Counted from the stretch's first letter, positions 36,754 through 46,914 are shown. The stretch: DNA of 64,000 bases from Acidimicrobiia bacterium (GCA_022827725.1 JAJEIJ010000029.1:6215-70214), one strand, 5' to 3'. Notes: a model not told the origin generated them from the letters alone. Numbers and translations: made by a program.

Positions 36754-37434
36754 TCAGCGGGTGGTGGTGACGGACACCAGGCTGCGATGGGGGAAGGCCC
36801 AACCGTTGGGGCGGCGTTCCCCGAGGCTATGGAATCGCTGGTTGAGGTCTTCTTTGTGGCGCTCTAGGGCGGTGGCTCTGTCGGGGTCGATGCCCACCAC
36901 CCGATCGCACCACTGATCGAAGCTCTGGTACACGGCCTCCGAGGTGTAGGTGAACCGGCGCAGCGAGTCGAACTGGTTTCGGTCGAGTTCGTCCAGGCGT
37001 TGCTGGGCCGCGGTGCGAACGGCGGTCTCGTCGATGACCGGGTAGCCCATCGAGTCTTCGGGTCCTTCAACTTCTGGCTCCGCTACATAAAGCGTCCCTC
37101 CGGGCCGGAGCACCCGGCCAGCCTCTTCGAGAGCCTGGGCCATGTCATCGGTTGGGATGTGGTGCAGGGAGTTAGAGAAGACAACGACATCGAAGGAGTT
37201 GTCGTCGAACGGGAGGGCCTGGCCCGGCGCGTCGACATACCTGTCGGGATGCTCGGGATCGGCCTCCAGAGCTTGTCGGAGCATCTCGGCACCGCAATCG
37301 GCTCCGATGGCGCGTGCCCCCTGGCTGTGCAGCCACCGCACCAGTGCGCCGTCACCACAGCCCACATCCAGCACATCCCGTCCGGCCACATCGACGGTTT
37401 CAGCAAGGACGTCGGTGCCACGGCGAAGGGTCAT
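36754..37434 (-). CDS. Class I SAM-dependent methyltransferase
   Basis: Motif I VLDVGCGDGAL, post-I GADCG, motif II FDVVVFSNSLHH. Confidence 0.88.
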   Translation of the reverse strand: MTLRRGTDVLAETVDVAGRDVLDVGCGDGALVRWLHSQGARAIGADCGAEMLRQALEADPEHPDRYVDAPGQALPFDDNSFDVVVFSNSLHHIPTDDMAQALEEAGRVLRPGGTLYVAEPEVEGPEDSMGYPVIDETAVRTAAQQRLDELDRNQFDSLRRFTYTSEAVYQSFDQWCDRVVGIDPDRATALERHKEDLNQRFHSLGERRPNGWAFPHRSLVSVTTTR

Positions 37435-37460
37435 GCCACCAGGCTAGGGCACACCTTCCC

Positions 37461-39839
37461 TCAGTCGACCTTAACCGTGGTGGCGATGATGGATCGCCGG
37501 TCGTAGGGGGCGGTTTCGCCGGCGAGGTCGACCGGGATCACGCGCATGGCAGAGTCGTATGGTGAGCCCCCAACTCGGAAGGTGAACGTTCCGGGCTCGG
37601 TAACGAGAGCAATGTCGAGGCCGTGGAAGGCCAGTCGGCTGGGGTGGATGGTGAAGGTGACGGTGCGGGACTCTCCGGCGGGGATGGAGATCCGGGTGAA
37701 TCCGATCAGCTCGCGGATCGGCCGAGCTACCGATGCAACCTCGTCGGTGGCATAGAGCTGCACGACCTCATCACCGTCGCTTGATCCGGTGTTGGAAATG
37801 GGCACTGCAATCGTGGTGGCTTCAGTTGTCGACCCGGGTGTCACTGAGGGCTCGCCATATTCAAACGTGGTGTACGACAGGCCGTGCCCGAACCAATAGA
37901 ACGCGTCGGATTCACAATCGACATAGCTGCCGTAGAACTCCGACCGGTCGCCCCGTCGCCGCATGTCATAGTGCAGCGGAACCTGACCGACGTGTTTGGG
38001 CAGAGAGACCGGGAGACGTCCCGCAGGGTTGACGGCACCAACCAGCACATCGGCAATGGCCGCGCCACCTTCCTCGCCAGGAAGGATCGACCAGAGCAGG
38101 GCATTGGCGGCCGCAGCCTCATCGGCGAGGGTATGGACCCGTCCACTGATCACGACGACGACGGTTGGGGTGCCGGTGGCCGCGACCTCGGCTACGAGTT
38201 GCGACTGCACTCCGGGAAGGCCCAGGTGGGTGGCGTCGCGGGCCTCACCGACGGTGGCGTCGGCAACCAGCCCCGAGCGGGCGCCAACGCACACAATGGC
38301 GACGTCGGCTGAGGCCGCGGCGGCAACGGCATCCCCGATTCCCGATACGTCGTCGCCGGTATCAGCACACCCTGCTACGTAAACGACCTCGGTGCCGGAT
38401 AGAGCGGCCCGCAAGCCTTGGAGCGGCGTCACATGGGGGGTGAAGTGCGGTCCCGGGGAGAACGTGCCACCGGCCTCGGGCAGCTGGTCGAGCCCTTGCT
38501 CCATGCCGAGAGCCTCCATGGCCTCCAGCATTTCTGCACTGCGGTTCTGGTAGATGATCTCCAGATGGGCGGGATAGTGGTAGTCGCCCTGGAGAAGCCG
38601 AGGATCGTCGGCGTGGGGGCCGATGACCGCCACTTGTGAGATCGAGGGGTCGAGAGGCAGCACTCCATCGTTTTCCACCAGGATCACCCCTTCAGCGGCA
38701 GCCCGCCGGGCCAACGCCCTCTGGTCGGGGGTGTCGAAGACGTTGGGTGCAGATTCGGCGTCCACATAGGGGTTCTCAAACAGCCCGAGCCGAAACTTTT
38801 GGGCCAGCACCCGTGCACACGACTCGTCGATGATTGACTCGTCGATTCGGCCTTCTTGGACTGCGGTTGGAAGGTGCTTGTAGCAGTCGAGGGCGGGGAG
38901 CTCGATATCGAGGCCCGCGCTGAGAGCTTGGATGGCCGACTCAGTGGGATCTGCCGCGGTCATGTGGTTGAAGTGCAGTTGCATGACCGCGAAGTAGTCG
39001 GCCACCACCGTGCCGTCGAAGCCCAGTTCGCCGCGCAATAGGTCAGTGAGCAGCGCCCGGCTGGCCGCTACTGGCACGCCATCGATCGAGGAGTAGCTGT
39101 TCATTATCGATGCCAGGCCAGCCTCGCGGATGGCGGCCGCGAACGGCTCGGCGTACACCTCGCGTAGCTCTCGATCGCCGAGGTGGACAGGCGCTTGATT
39201 CCGACCCCCGAGGGAGTATCCGTAGCCGAGGAAGTGCTTGCCGGTACACACAACGCCGTTGGCCAAATTGTCGGTCTGGAGCCCTCGCACATAGGCCACT
39301 CCCATTCGCGCGCACAGCTCGGGAGATTCTCCGTAGGTCTCCTCCACTCGGCCCCATCGGGGATCCCGGGCCACGTCCAGTACGGGGGAGAGGTTGTGGC
39401 GGGCGCCAACGGCGGTCATCTGGATGCGGATCACCTCGGCCACCTCGGCCATGAGATTGACATTCCAGGTGGCGGCTAGGCCCAGCCCTTGGGGGAACGT
39501 GGTGGCGCCGCGGTGGAGGAAGCCGCCGACGCCCTCCTCGTGGATCACCGTGGGGATCCCCAGTCGGGTGCGTTCCACCAGCACTCTCTGGATGTCGTTG
39601 CCGAGCTGGGCCGATTCGTTGGCCAAAAGGCCGGTGCTTGCGCCGATACGGGTGACTTGGCCGATGCCGTCGGCCAGCATCTCGGCTGCATGGTCGGCGT
39701 CGAAGGTCTCGTTTTGAACCAGCGCAGTGAGCCAAATCGCTCCGAGCTGGGCCATCTTCTCCTCCAGTGTCATGCGCCCAAGGAGGTCGGCTACTCGCTC
39801 GTCGATGGCTGCGCTCGGATCGCGGTACGTCTCAGTCAT
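37461..39839 (-). CDS. Glycoside hydrolase family 3 (beta-glucosidase-like)
   Basis: RVADLLGRMTLEEKMAQL, NLSPVLDVARDPRWGR, VVADY, plus a C-terminal FnIII-like domain. ATG 39839 follows AAGGAGAG; the track ORF starts at 39926. Confidence 0.92.
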   Translation of the reverse strand: MTETYRDPSAAIDERVADLLGRMTLEEKMAQLGAIWLTALVQNETFDADHAAEMLADGIGQVTRIGASTGLLANESAQLGNDIQRVLVERTRLGIPTVIHEEGVGGFLHRGATTFPQGLGLAATWNVNLMAEVAEVIRIQMTAVGARHNLSPVLDVARDPRWGRVEETYGESPELCARMGVAYVRGLQTDNLANGVVCTGKHFLGYGYSLGGRNQAPVHLGDRELREVYAEPFAAAIREAGLASIMNSYSSIDGVPVAASRALLTDLLRGELGFDGTVVADYFAVMQLHFNHMTAADPTESAIQALSAGLDIELPALDCYKHLPTAVQEGRIDESIIDESCARVLAQKFRLGLFENPYVDAESAPNVFDTPDQRALARRAAAEGVILVENDGVLPLDPSISQVAVIGPHADDPRLLQGDYHYPAHLEIIYQNRSAEMLEAMEALGMEQGLDQLPEAGGTFSPGPHFTPHVTPLQGLRAALSGTEVVYVAGCADTGDDVSGIGDAVAAAASADVAIVCVGARSGLVADATVGEARDATHLGLPGVQSQLVAEVAATGTPTVVVVISGRVHTLADEAAAANALLWSILPGEEGGAAIADVLVGAVNPAGRLPVSLPKHVGQVPLHYDMRRRGDRSEFYGSYVDCESDAFYWFGHGLSYTTFEYGEPSVTPGSTTEATTIAVPISNTGSSDGDEVVQLYATDEVASVARPIRELIGFTRISIPAGESRTVTFTIHPSRLAFHGLDIALVTEPGTFTFRVGGSPYDSAMRVIPVDLAGETAPYDRRSIIATTVKVD

Positions 39840-39877
39840 GGAGTCTCTCCTTGGTGGCTGTCTCTGCTTATCACTCC

Positions 39878-39910
39878 TGCAAGCGGGGCATGATGCCCTG
39901 GTGCAAGCGG
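39878..39910. promoter_or_regulatory. Direct 9-mer repeat flanking a palindrome upstream of the GH3 gene
   Basis: TGCAAGCGG at 39878-39886 and 39902-39910 (24-nt period), bracketing GGGCATgATGCCC (39886-39898). Confidence 0.3.
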
Positions 39911-39922
39911 TGAAGGCCGTAC

Positions 39923-40561
39923 TCACACCATCTGGCGGAGGATGAGGGCGATGCCGCCCGCGAGGGCGACGAGGAGCACAGCGGGGCGGAACCAGGCTCG
40001 ATCGAGCAATGGACGTACAAAGCGGGCCAAGAACAGCCCCAGAATGATGCCGGGGATGAGCCAGCCGATGAGTTCGATCTCGTACAGGCCGAACTCGCCG
40101 GTGGCGAGGAGCCCGATCAAGGCGGCAACCGCCACCATCAGGAATACGGTGCCAACTGTGCCTCGCAGTGTCGCCGGCTTCATGTCGCTGAAGGTGAGCA
40201 CGAATGCGGGGCCCGGCAAGGCCGCGGTCATGCTTGAGAATCCAACTCCCATTCCGGTGGCAACCTCCACCCTTGGCGTCCGGGCAATCCGAAATCCGCA
40301 GAGAAGAGATAGGGCGCCGGCGGCGGCAAGGCTTCCGACCAGGAGCGCGATGACCTCGTCACTAACCATGGAGAGCACTACCAACCCAGCAGCCAAGCCG
40401 AATGGCAGTCCGTATGCACATCGTCGGACGGCCCTGCGGTCGGTGTGGCTGCGTTCGACAATGACATTGCGAATGCCGACAATTTGGCCGACGACGATAA
40501 GCGGCCCAGGGGCAAAGCTCGGGTCGATGGCCACCAGAGCTGGCCCAGCCACGAGGGCCAA
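39923..40561 (-). CDS. TSUP (TauE/SafE) family membrane transporter, start uncertain
   Basis: Polytopic G/A/L-rich membrane protein. The frame stays open upstream to 40654 and encodes the expected TM1 (LDIFIIICFSAAGAISQGCLGIG), with no ATG/GTG/TTG in that stretch. Confidence 0.7.
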   Translation of the reverse strand: MALVAGPALVAIDPSFAPGPLIVVGQIVGIRNVIVERSHTDRRAVRRCAYGLPFGLAAGLVVLSMVSDEVIALLVGSLAAAGALSLLCGFRIARTPRVEVATGMGVGFSSMTAALPGPAFVLTFSDMKPATLRGTVGTVFLMVAVAALIGLLATGEFGLYEIELIGWLIPGIILGLFLARFVRPLLDRAWFRPAVLLVALAGGIALILRQMV

Positions 40562-40667
40562 CCCTATGCCCAGACAGCCCTGGGAAATGGCCCCCGCGGC
40601 CGAGAAGCAGATGATTATGAATATATCGAGCGGGGTCAGGGCAGCATTCCCGAACTAGTGGAGTTGC

Positions 40668-41087
40668 TCATACCTTCTTGGGGTCGGGGATGCCGGGGCG
40701 GGTGCCTTCTTTGTGCTCGACGAACTCGATGAGATAGCCGTCGAAGTCCTTCACGTAGGCCATGATCACCGGCCATCGATCGAGATGGGTGGGCTCCATT
40801 ACCGACTCACAGCCGGCGTCCATGGCCCGCTGGTAAAGCCGATGGCAGTCCGACGTGTTGATGTAGATCTTCCACATGGCGGTGCCCATATCGATAGGGC
40901 CCTCATTGTCGAGGTGCTGCGCCAGCTGGAGGCGTGATCCGCCGTGGGGCGACTGGATCACTGCCTCCAGCGCACCGGGAATCTCGAGGCGGTGCTGGAG
41001 TTCGAGCTCGCACACATCCACCCAAAACTCCAGAGCCCGGTCCATGTCTTCCACGTTGATGCAGTACTGGGCAAGGATCTGAGTCAT
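40668..41087 (-). CDS. VOC (glyoxalase/bleomycin-resistance/dioxygenase) family protein
   Basis: 139 aa. YCINVEDMDRALEFWVDVCELEL and DGYLIEFVEH are typical VOC beta-alpha-beta-beta-beta modules. Confidence 0.8.
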   Translation of the reverse strand: MTQILAQYCINVEDMDRALEFWVDVCELELQHRLEIPGALEAVIQSPHGGSRLQLAQHLDNEGPIDMGTAMWKIYINTSDCHRLYQRAMDAGCESVMEPTHLDRWPVIMAYVKDFDGYLIEFVEHKEGTRPGIPDPKKV

Positions 41088-41194
41088 ACGTCCTCCTTGA
41101 GAGCGCCATTGGCGATCTGTTGCCGGTGTGACAGTACAGTGTGATCAGCGATCTAGCTGTTGTACTCGCCCAATATTCGAGAGGGAGCTGACCA

Positions 41195-42484
41195 ATGCCC
41201 AGCCCTGTCGCCGGTGTTGACCAAAGCAACGCCCCATACATAATCGTCTCGTCCGATACTCACGCCGGGTTGTTCGTCGAGGACTACCGCGAGTATTTGG
41301 AGTCATCGCTGCATCCTGAGTTCGACGAATGGTTGGTCACCCGCCACCAGCATCGGGCCATGGTCGAAGAGATCAACGGCGAATACGTCGAACAGTGGGA
41401 GAGCGAGAACGAGATCGGGTTGAAGGGGGCCTACGACCCGGAAATCCGCGACAAGACTCTCGATGCCGATGGCGTGGCCGGCGAGATCATCTTCGCCGAC
41501 GGCGACGCCGTCACCGGAATGGAGGCTCCGCCGTTCGGGGCTGGTCTGTCAGCTGGGCAGATCACCGACTCCCGCCAGGCCTGGGCCGGTGCCCGGGCCC
41601 ACAACCGCTGGCTCGAGGAGTTCTGCGCCACCAACCCGCCTCGCCGCGGCGGGGTGGCTTTGGTGCCGATCACTCACGGTGTCGAAGAGTCGGTGAAGGA
41701 GATTGAGGCGCTGGCCGGCAAGCCCGGCGTGAAGGGCATCATGATCCCGACCATGTGGCATGAGCATCCGTCATACGGCCACGAGAGCTACGACCCGATA
41801 TGGGCGGCCTGTGCCGAGGCTGGACTGGTTGTACACACTCACTCGGGCGAGGCCGATAGGCCGTCGTACAACGAGAACATGGCCCAGTACATGCTCGAGG
41901 TGGCGTTCTGGACCCATCGGCCCCTGTGGCAGCTCCTCTTCTCCGGGGCCTTTGATCGCCATCCAGGCCTTCGCTATGTGCCGGTGGAGTGCGGTTCATG
42001 GTGGCTGGGCGACCTGCTGTTCAAGGCCGACGCCATGTTCGGCGGGCGCAATTGGAAGGTGAAGAAGATGAGCTCGCAGACGAAGGGCCTCATTCAGCGT
42101 CTGCCGTCGGAGTACATCGGCACCAACGTGTTCATCGGCGCCTCCACCATGAGCAAAGTCGAGTTGCGGCGTCGCTACATGAATGGTGTCGACGCTCTGA
42201 TGTGGGGCACCGACTACCCCCACCCCGAGGGAAGCTGGCCCAACACAGTCGAGCGCCTAGAGACCGACTTCCAGCAGATTCCCGTGGAGGAAACCCGCCT
42301 TCTGCTCGGGCTCAACGCCGTGCGGTGCTACGACCTCGACATCGACGGGCTGTCAAACATCGCCAGCCAGATCGGGCCGACCCCCGAGCAGCTCAACCAG
42401 GACCTCGACTTGCGGACCGAGCCGAACGCCATTCGCGAGGCCCGGTTCTGGTTCGACGACTACAACATCGAGTGGCCTGAGTAA
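41195..42484 (+). CDS. Amidohydrolase_2 family protein
   Basis: VSSDTHAG and MWGTDYPHPEGSWP motifs. Third paralogue. Confidence 0.8.
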   Translation: MPSPVAGVDQSNAPYIIVSSDTHAGLFVEDYREYLESSLHPEFDEWLVTRHQHRAMVEEINGEYVEQWESENEIGLKGAYDPEIRDKTLDADGVAGEIIFADGDAVTGMEAPPFGAGLSAGQITDSRQAWAGARAHNRWLEEFCATNPPRRGGVALVPITHGVEESVKEIEALAGKPGVKGIMIPTMWHEHPSYGHESYDPIWAACAEAGLVVHTHSGEADRPSYNENMAQYMLEVAFWTHRPLWQLLFSGAFDRHPGLRYVPVECGSWWLGDLLFKADAMFGGRNWKVKKMSSQTKGLIQRLPSEYIGTNVFIGASTMSKVELRRRYMNGVDALMWGTDYPHPEGSWPNTVERLETDFQQIPVEETRLLLGLNAVRCYDLDIDGLSNIASQIGPTPEQLNQDLDLRTEPNAIREARFWFDDYNIEWPE

Positions 42485-42495
42485 CCGGACGGCGT

Positions 42496-43269
42496 ATGGC
42501 CGCTGAGCTTCATGGGACGCCGTCGGATCAGCTACCCGGTGTTCTGGCCATGGGGGACGGCGATGCGACTGCGATGTTCGTGTCGCTGTCGGCCCGCCAT
42601 CCCGATGGCCGCGATGCGGAGTACTTGGAGTGGCACACTCTCGATCATCGGCCCGAGCAGCATCGGTTGCATGGTCTCCGCGGATCGATGCGGTTCGTGT
42701 CCACACCGGAGTGCCGATCGGCCCGAGCCGCGGCTGACTCCCGATACGAGGTCACCGATCACGCCATGGTGTACCTGTTTGCCGACCAAGGCCCTATGGA
42801 CGCGTTCTATGAGCTGGGAGAGGAGTTGTTCAAGGCCGAGCGGATGCAGCACCGACTACCTGCGGTGGAAGGGGACCTCTATCAGTTGCGGGGCAAGACG
42901 GCAGCACCGAGGGCGGTAGCTGGTGCCGATGTCCTTCCTTGGCGTCCAGCACGCGGGCTGTATCTGCTTATCGAGCTTGGAGCCGCCGCGCCGGACCATC
43001 TGGTCGAGATTGACGGAATCGCCGGCGTGTGGTGGGCAGCAGCGGATACAAACGAGATCGAGAGCCGGACCTGGTTCGGATCCCTCACCTCGAGCGACGA
43101 GGGTGTGAAACAAGTCAGCCTTTGCTTTATCGACGGTGATCCAATCGATGTCGCCCACCGGATCCAGCCAGCTTTGGAGGATCGATGGGCAGATGGCTCG
43201 GTGAAACCCCTGTTGGCCGCGCCGTTTCACACAGTCGTCCCCTTCGAATGGGACCGCCACCTGCCCTGA
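42496..43269 (+). CDS. Hypothetical protein
   Basis: 257-aa ORF with coding-like composition, 11 nt after the amidohydrolase gene. I recognise no family. Confidence 0.5.
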   Translation: MAAELHGTPSDQLPGVLAMGDGDATAMFVSLSARHPDGRDAEYLEWHTLDHRPEQHRLHGLRGSMRFVSTPECRSARAAADSRYEVTDHAMVYLFADQGPMDAFYELGEELFKAERMQHRLPAVEGDLYQLRGKTAAPRAVAGADVLPWRPARGLYLLIELGAAAPDHLVEIDGIAGVWWAAADTNEIESRTWFGSLTSSDEGVKQVSLCFIDGDPIDVAHRIQPALEDRWADGSVKPLLAAPFHTVVPFEWDRHLP

Positions 43270-43383
43270 GCTCACAAAGCCGCGATACGGAACCCCGTTG
43301 ACTGGGAGCTGGCGTGTGAGCATTCCGGCCAGAGCTCTTGCGTCTGATTTGCCCGCCTATCGGCACCGTTAGATTGGTGGCCC

Positions 43384-44238
43384 ATGAGCGACAACTACAT
43401 CTTGTACGGCACGTCTGGGTCTATTGCGACGATCACCTTGAATCGGCCTGACTATCTCAATGCCATCGTCAGGCCAATGTGGACGCAACTCGACCATTAC
43501 GTCGCCGAGGCCAACCGCGATCCGGAGGTGAAGGTGATTGTGCTGCGTGGGGCTGGGCGGGCATTTTGTGCCGGGTTCGATTTCGGCGCCGACGGCGACC
43601 TTGCCGCAGTGCGAGGCGAGGGCCGGACCTGGGATCCAGGGCGAGATGCCATCGGGGTCACCAATCGATGGGATGCACCCGTTCCCAATTTCATGGGCCT
43701 CTGGTCGAGTCCGAAACCGACCATTGCCCAAGTGCACGGGTGGTGTGTGGGCGGCGGTTCCGACATGGCCCTCTCGGCTGACCTGGTTATCGCGGCTGAA
43801 GATGCGCAGATCGGAACGCCGTATTCCCGCATGTGGGGCTGCTACCTGACCGCAATGTGGGTGTACCGGCTGGGGCTGGCCAAGGCGAAGGAGTACGCAC
43901 TGACCGGTAAGCCGCTCTCTGGAGCCGAAGCAGCTCGGGTGGAACTCATCAATCAGGCAGTTCCGGCTGATCAACTCGATGAGGCAGTGGAGGAGTTGGC
44001 CGAACAGCTATCGAGCATCCCGTCGTCGCAGCTGGCCGCCATGAAGTTGGTCGTCAATCAGGCCTACGAGGGAATGGGGCTGCGCAATTCCCAGGTGCTC
44101 GGATCGATCCTCGACGGGGCGATGCGCAATACCCCCGAAGCCCTGGCATTCATCGACACGGCCATGACCGAGGGCGTCCCAGCAGCAGTCGCCCAACGCG
44201 ACGGGCCCTTTAGCGACTACAGCCAACGCAAAGCTTGA
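43384..44238 (+). CDS. Enoyl-CoA hydratase/isomerase (crotonase) family protein
   Basis: ITLNRPDYLNA, VIVLRGAGRAFCAGFDF oxyanion-hole motif, VHGWCVGGG. Confidence 0.9.
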   Translation: MSDNYILYGTSGSIATITLNRPDYLNAIVRPMWTQLDHYVAEANRDPEVKVIVLRGAGRAFCAGFDFGADGDLAAVRGEGRTWDPGRDAIGVTNRWDAPVPNFMGLWSSPKPTIAQVHGWCVGGGSDMALSADLVIAAEDAQIGTPYSRMWGCYLTAMWVYRLGLAKAKEYALTGKPLSGAEAARVELINQAVPADQLDEAVEELAEQLSSIPSSQLAAMKLVVNQAYEGMGLRNSQVLGSILDGAMRNTPEALAFIDTAMTEGVPAAVAQRDGPFSDYSQRKA

Positions 44239-44251
44239 CTGAGGGCGGGTC

Positions 44252-44770
44252 TTAGGGATCAGCGCCGGTGCTGAAATCGAGAACGCTTCGGTAGGCGTCC
44301 ACGGTCTCCTGGTTGAAGGCGACGAGCCGAACCTCGTTTACCTGGGTAGGAGTGGTGCGGAGAGTCTCCACCGCGATGGCGGCCGCCGCGTCAATCGGAT
44401 ACCCGAATACGCCAGTAGATATGGCTGGAAAGGCAACCGTCTCCGCCCCAACCTCGTCAGCCCGGGCCAGCGATTCCCGATAGCAGGAGGCGAGCAGTTC
44501 CGGTTCACCGTGCTCGCCGCCGTGCCACACCGGCCCCACCGTGTGTATGACCCAACGGGCTGCAAGGTTGAACCCCGGTGTGATCTTTGCCTGCCCCGTC
44601 TCGCACCCGCCCAAAGTCCGGCAATATTCAACCAACTCCGGCCCTGCCGCCCGATGAATCGCCCCATCCACCCCGCCGCCTCCCAATAGCGTGTGGTTGG
44701 CCGCATTCACGATGGCATCGACATTCTCGGCTGTGATGTCCCCAAGAACCAGCTCCAGGCGGGAAGTCAC
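44252..44770 (-). CDS. Macro-domain protein (O-acetyl-ADP-ribose deacetylase, YmdB-like)
   Basis: [37 protein letters not shown] and [12 protein letters not shown]. Confidence 0.9.
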   Translation of the reverse strand: MTSRLELVLGDITAENVDAIVNAANHTLLGGGGVDGAIHRAAGPELVEYCRTLGGCETGQAKITPGFNLAARWVIHTVGPVWHGGEHGEPELLASCYRESLARADEVGAETVAFPAISTGVFGYPIDAAAAIAVETLRTTPTQVNEVRLVAFNQETVDAYRSVLDFSTGADP

Positions 44771-44837
44771 ACGCTGTTTCCAGGGTCGCTCTGGACGTTC
44801 ACTTGACGGATGGTAATGGCTGTAGGTTGAGGCTCCT

Positions 44838-46022
44838 ATGGCGGGGGAGAAGCACTACTACATCGAGGCGTTTGACACTGTCGAGTTCAGTTCTTTTCGG
44901 CAGCATCAGTCGCCGTTTGCTGATCGGTATGCCACGGAGTCAACGATCTTCGGCTTGTACTGCGGTCGCCTTTATCCGCTGAAGGCGTCCCACGACGAGG
45001 ATCCGATTCCCAACTATTGGAAGTTGCGCAATGGCGTCCTGCTGTACGACGTTCCCGAGCAGCCCATTGAGATCGTCGGCCCTGATGCCGTTCAGGTGCT
45101 GGAACAGGTGCTCGTGTGCCGAGCGGAGACGCTTGGAGTGGGACGGTGTCGGTACGCCCTCGCCTGCTATGAGGACGGCAGAATTGTGATGGACGGCGTG
45201 GTCATGAAGCTGGAGGCGGATCGCTACTGGTATGTCAAGGCCAATGGCGAGTTCATCAGCTGGCTCAAGGCCGCCGCCATCGGGCTTGATGCCGAGGTGT
45301 CCGATCCCGACTCACGGGTGCTGCAAATCCAGGGGCCGAAGTCGCTCGATGTGCTGAATGCTGCGATCGGCGGCGGGCTGCCGGCCGACTTCAAGTATTT
45401 CCGGGCCGGGTTCTTCGTCATCGGCGGCCAGACACTGTGGGTGTCTCGAACCGGTTGGACCGGAGAAGTGGGGATTGAGGTCTACTGCAACAGCGGCCCA
45501 GAACCCACCGACCACGATGCTCTGTGGGACCACTTATTCACTAGCGGTGAGCAGTTCGGCATGGAGTTCAGCACGTCGTCTTCGATGGGGATTCGCCGTA
45601 TCGAGGCTGGCATCTTGGACAACGGCAGTGACATTGAGCCGGATCTGACTCCGTTCAGCGCCGGCCTCGGGCACTTTGTGAACTTCGACAAGGAAGATTT
45701 CATCGGCCGAACCGCGTTGGAGACCGCCGACCGCAGCCAGCTATTGCTTGGGCTGGTTTGCCCCACTGCCACGCCAGAGACCTATATGACCGTGTACTAC
45801 GAGAACGCTCCGGCAGGGCACATAACCATCGGCACGTGGTCGCCCACGCGGGACGAGGGAGTCGGCTACGTGCGTTTCGACCGGCCACTGCCCGGGGACG
45901 AGTGGACGGGCAAAGGGGTTCAGTTGCAGGACCATGACGGCGAGTTGCATGAGGCGACCGTGGAGTTGCTGCCCTTCATCGACAAAGAGAAGCAACTGCC
46001 ACGAGTCCAGTGGAACCAGTGA
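44838..46022 (+). CDS. GcvT/aminomethyltransferase-family (folate-binding) protein
   Basis: 394 aa with GcvT-like order: [38 protein letters not shown]. Substrate not assignable. Confidence 0.7.
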   Translation: MAGEKHYYIEAFDTVEFSSFRQHQSPFADRYATESTIFGLYCGRLYPLKASHDEDPIPNYWKLRNGVLLYDVPEQPIEIVGPDAVQVLEQVLVCRAETLGVGRCRYALACYEDGRIVMDGVVMKLEADRYWYVKANGEFISWLKAAAIGLDAEVSDPDSRVLQIQGPKSLDVLNAAIGGGLPADFKYFRAGFFVIGGQTLWVSRTGWTGEVGIEVYCNSGPEPTDHDALWDHLFTSGEQFGMEFSTSSSMGIRRIEAGILDNGSDIEPDLTPFSAGLGHFVNFDKEDFIGRTALETADRSQLLLGLVCPTATPETYMTVYYENAPAGHITIGTWSPTRDEGVGYVRFDRPLPGDEWTGKGVQLQDHDGELHEATVELLPFIDKEKQLPRVQWNQ

Positions 46023-46047
46023 CCGCCGGAACGAGAGAGGAACTCCT

Positions 46048-46896
46048 TTGCGACTAGGAATCCACCTGCCTCAGTACGGTCGGGCGGCGTCACCGGAAGC
46101 AATCGCCCAGATCGCCATGCGGGCCGAAGAGATCGGCCTTGCCGATGTGTGGGTGAGCGACCACCTCGTCTATCCGGCCGACCAGGGATATCCGGCTTCG
46201 TACTTGTTCGATCCCTTGCTCACCTTGGGATGGGCCGCGGCGGCTACAGAGCGAATCGGACTGGGCACCAGCGTGATGGTGGTTCCCCAATACCATCCGC
46301 TGCACTTGGCCAACAGCCTGGCCAGCCTCGACCAGCTGAGCGGCGGCCGCCTGACCGTTGGTGCCGGGGTGGGATGGTCGGAGGCTGAGTTCTCGGCCCT
46401 CGGGCAGGACTTCCATACCCGAGGGGAGCGCATGGACGAGGCGTTGGAGATCATGCGCTTGGTGTGGGCGGAGTCCCCCGCCTCCTACCAGGGGAATCAC
46501 TACCAGTTTGACGACATCAAGGTGCTGCCCCAACCGGCCCACCCGATCCCCATCTGGGTCGGCGGCAGCAGCCAGCCGGGGTATGACCGGGCTGCCGCGG
46601 TGGGGGATGGTTTCCAGGGATTGAGCAAACCTCCCGAAGAAATGGAGAGGATCGTGTCCGACATCCAGGCCCAGCTAGCCGATAGCCGCCCCGACGCCGT
46701 TTTCACATTCTCCTACCGCACTGGCTGGGATCCCCAGGGAATGGATCCCGCCCAGATTCGTGAAGAGCGAGATCGGTACGTCGAGGCCGGTGTGGAGCAT
46801 GTGGTGTCTGCACCGTGGAGAACCGATGCCGATGCATGGGTCCGGTCGATGGAGATGCTGGTCGACATCGTCGAGCCAGATCTCGTCACCCAGTAG
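46048..46896 (+). CDS. LLM-class (luciferase-like) F420-dependent oxidoreductase
   Basis: LRLGIHLPQYG...VWVSDHL...GRLTVGAGVGW. TTG 46048 follows GAGAGAGGA; the track ORF from 45934 overlaps the upstream gene. Confidence 0.8.
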   Translation: MRLGIHLPQYGRAASPEAIAQIAMRAEEIGLADVWVSDHLVYPADQGYPASYLFDPLLTLGWAAAATERIGLGTSVMVVPQYHPLHLANSLASLDQLSGGRLTVGAGVGWSEAEFSALGQDFHTRGERMDEALEIMRLVWAESPASYQGNHYQFDDIKVLPQPAHPIPIWVGGSSQPGYDRAAAVGDGFQGLSKPPEEMERIVSDIQAQLADSRPDAVFTFSYRTGWDPQGMDPAQIREERDRYVEAGVEHVVSAPWRTDADAWVRSMEMLVDIVEPDLVTQ

Positions 46897-46914
46897 CTTT
46901 CACTTGGATACCGC

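Noticed and set aside
43270-43321. Inverted repeat GCTCACA ... TGTGAGC in the spacer before the crotonase gene
   Set aside because: There are only 7 bp with a 38-nt loop and no T-tract or second copy, so it is within chance expectation.
44252-44770. Macro-domain gene as a DarG-type antitoxin or defence component
   Set aside because: It is a stand-alone 172-aa YmdB-like macro domain. There is no DarT-like partner and no C-terminal antitoxin domain, and the neighbours are metabolic and convergently transcribed.
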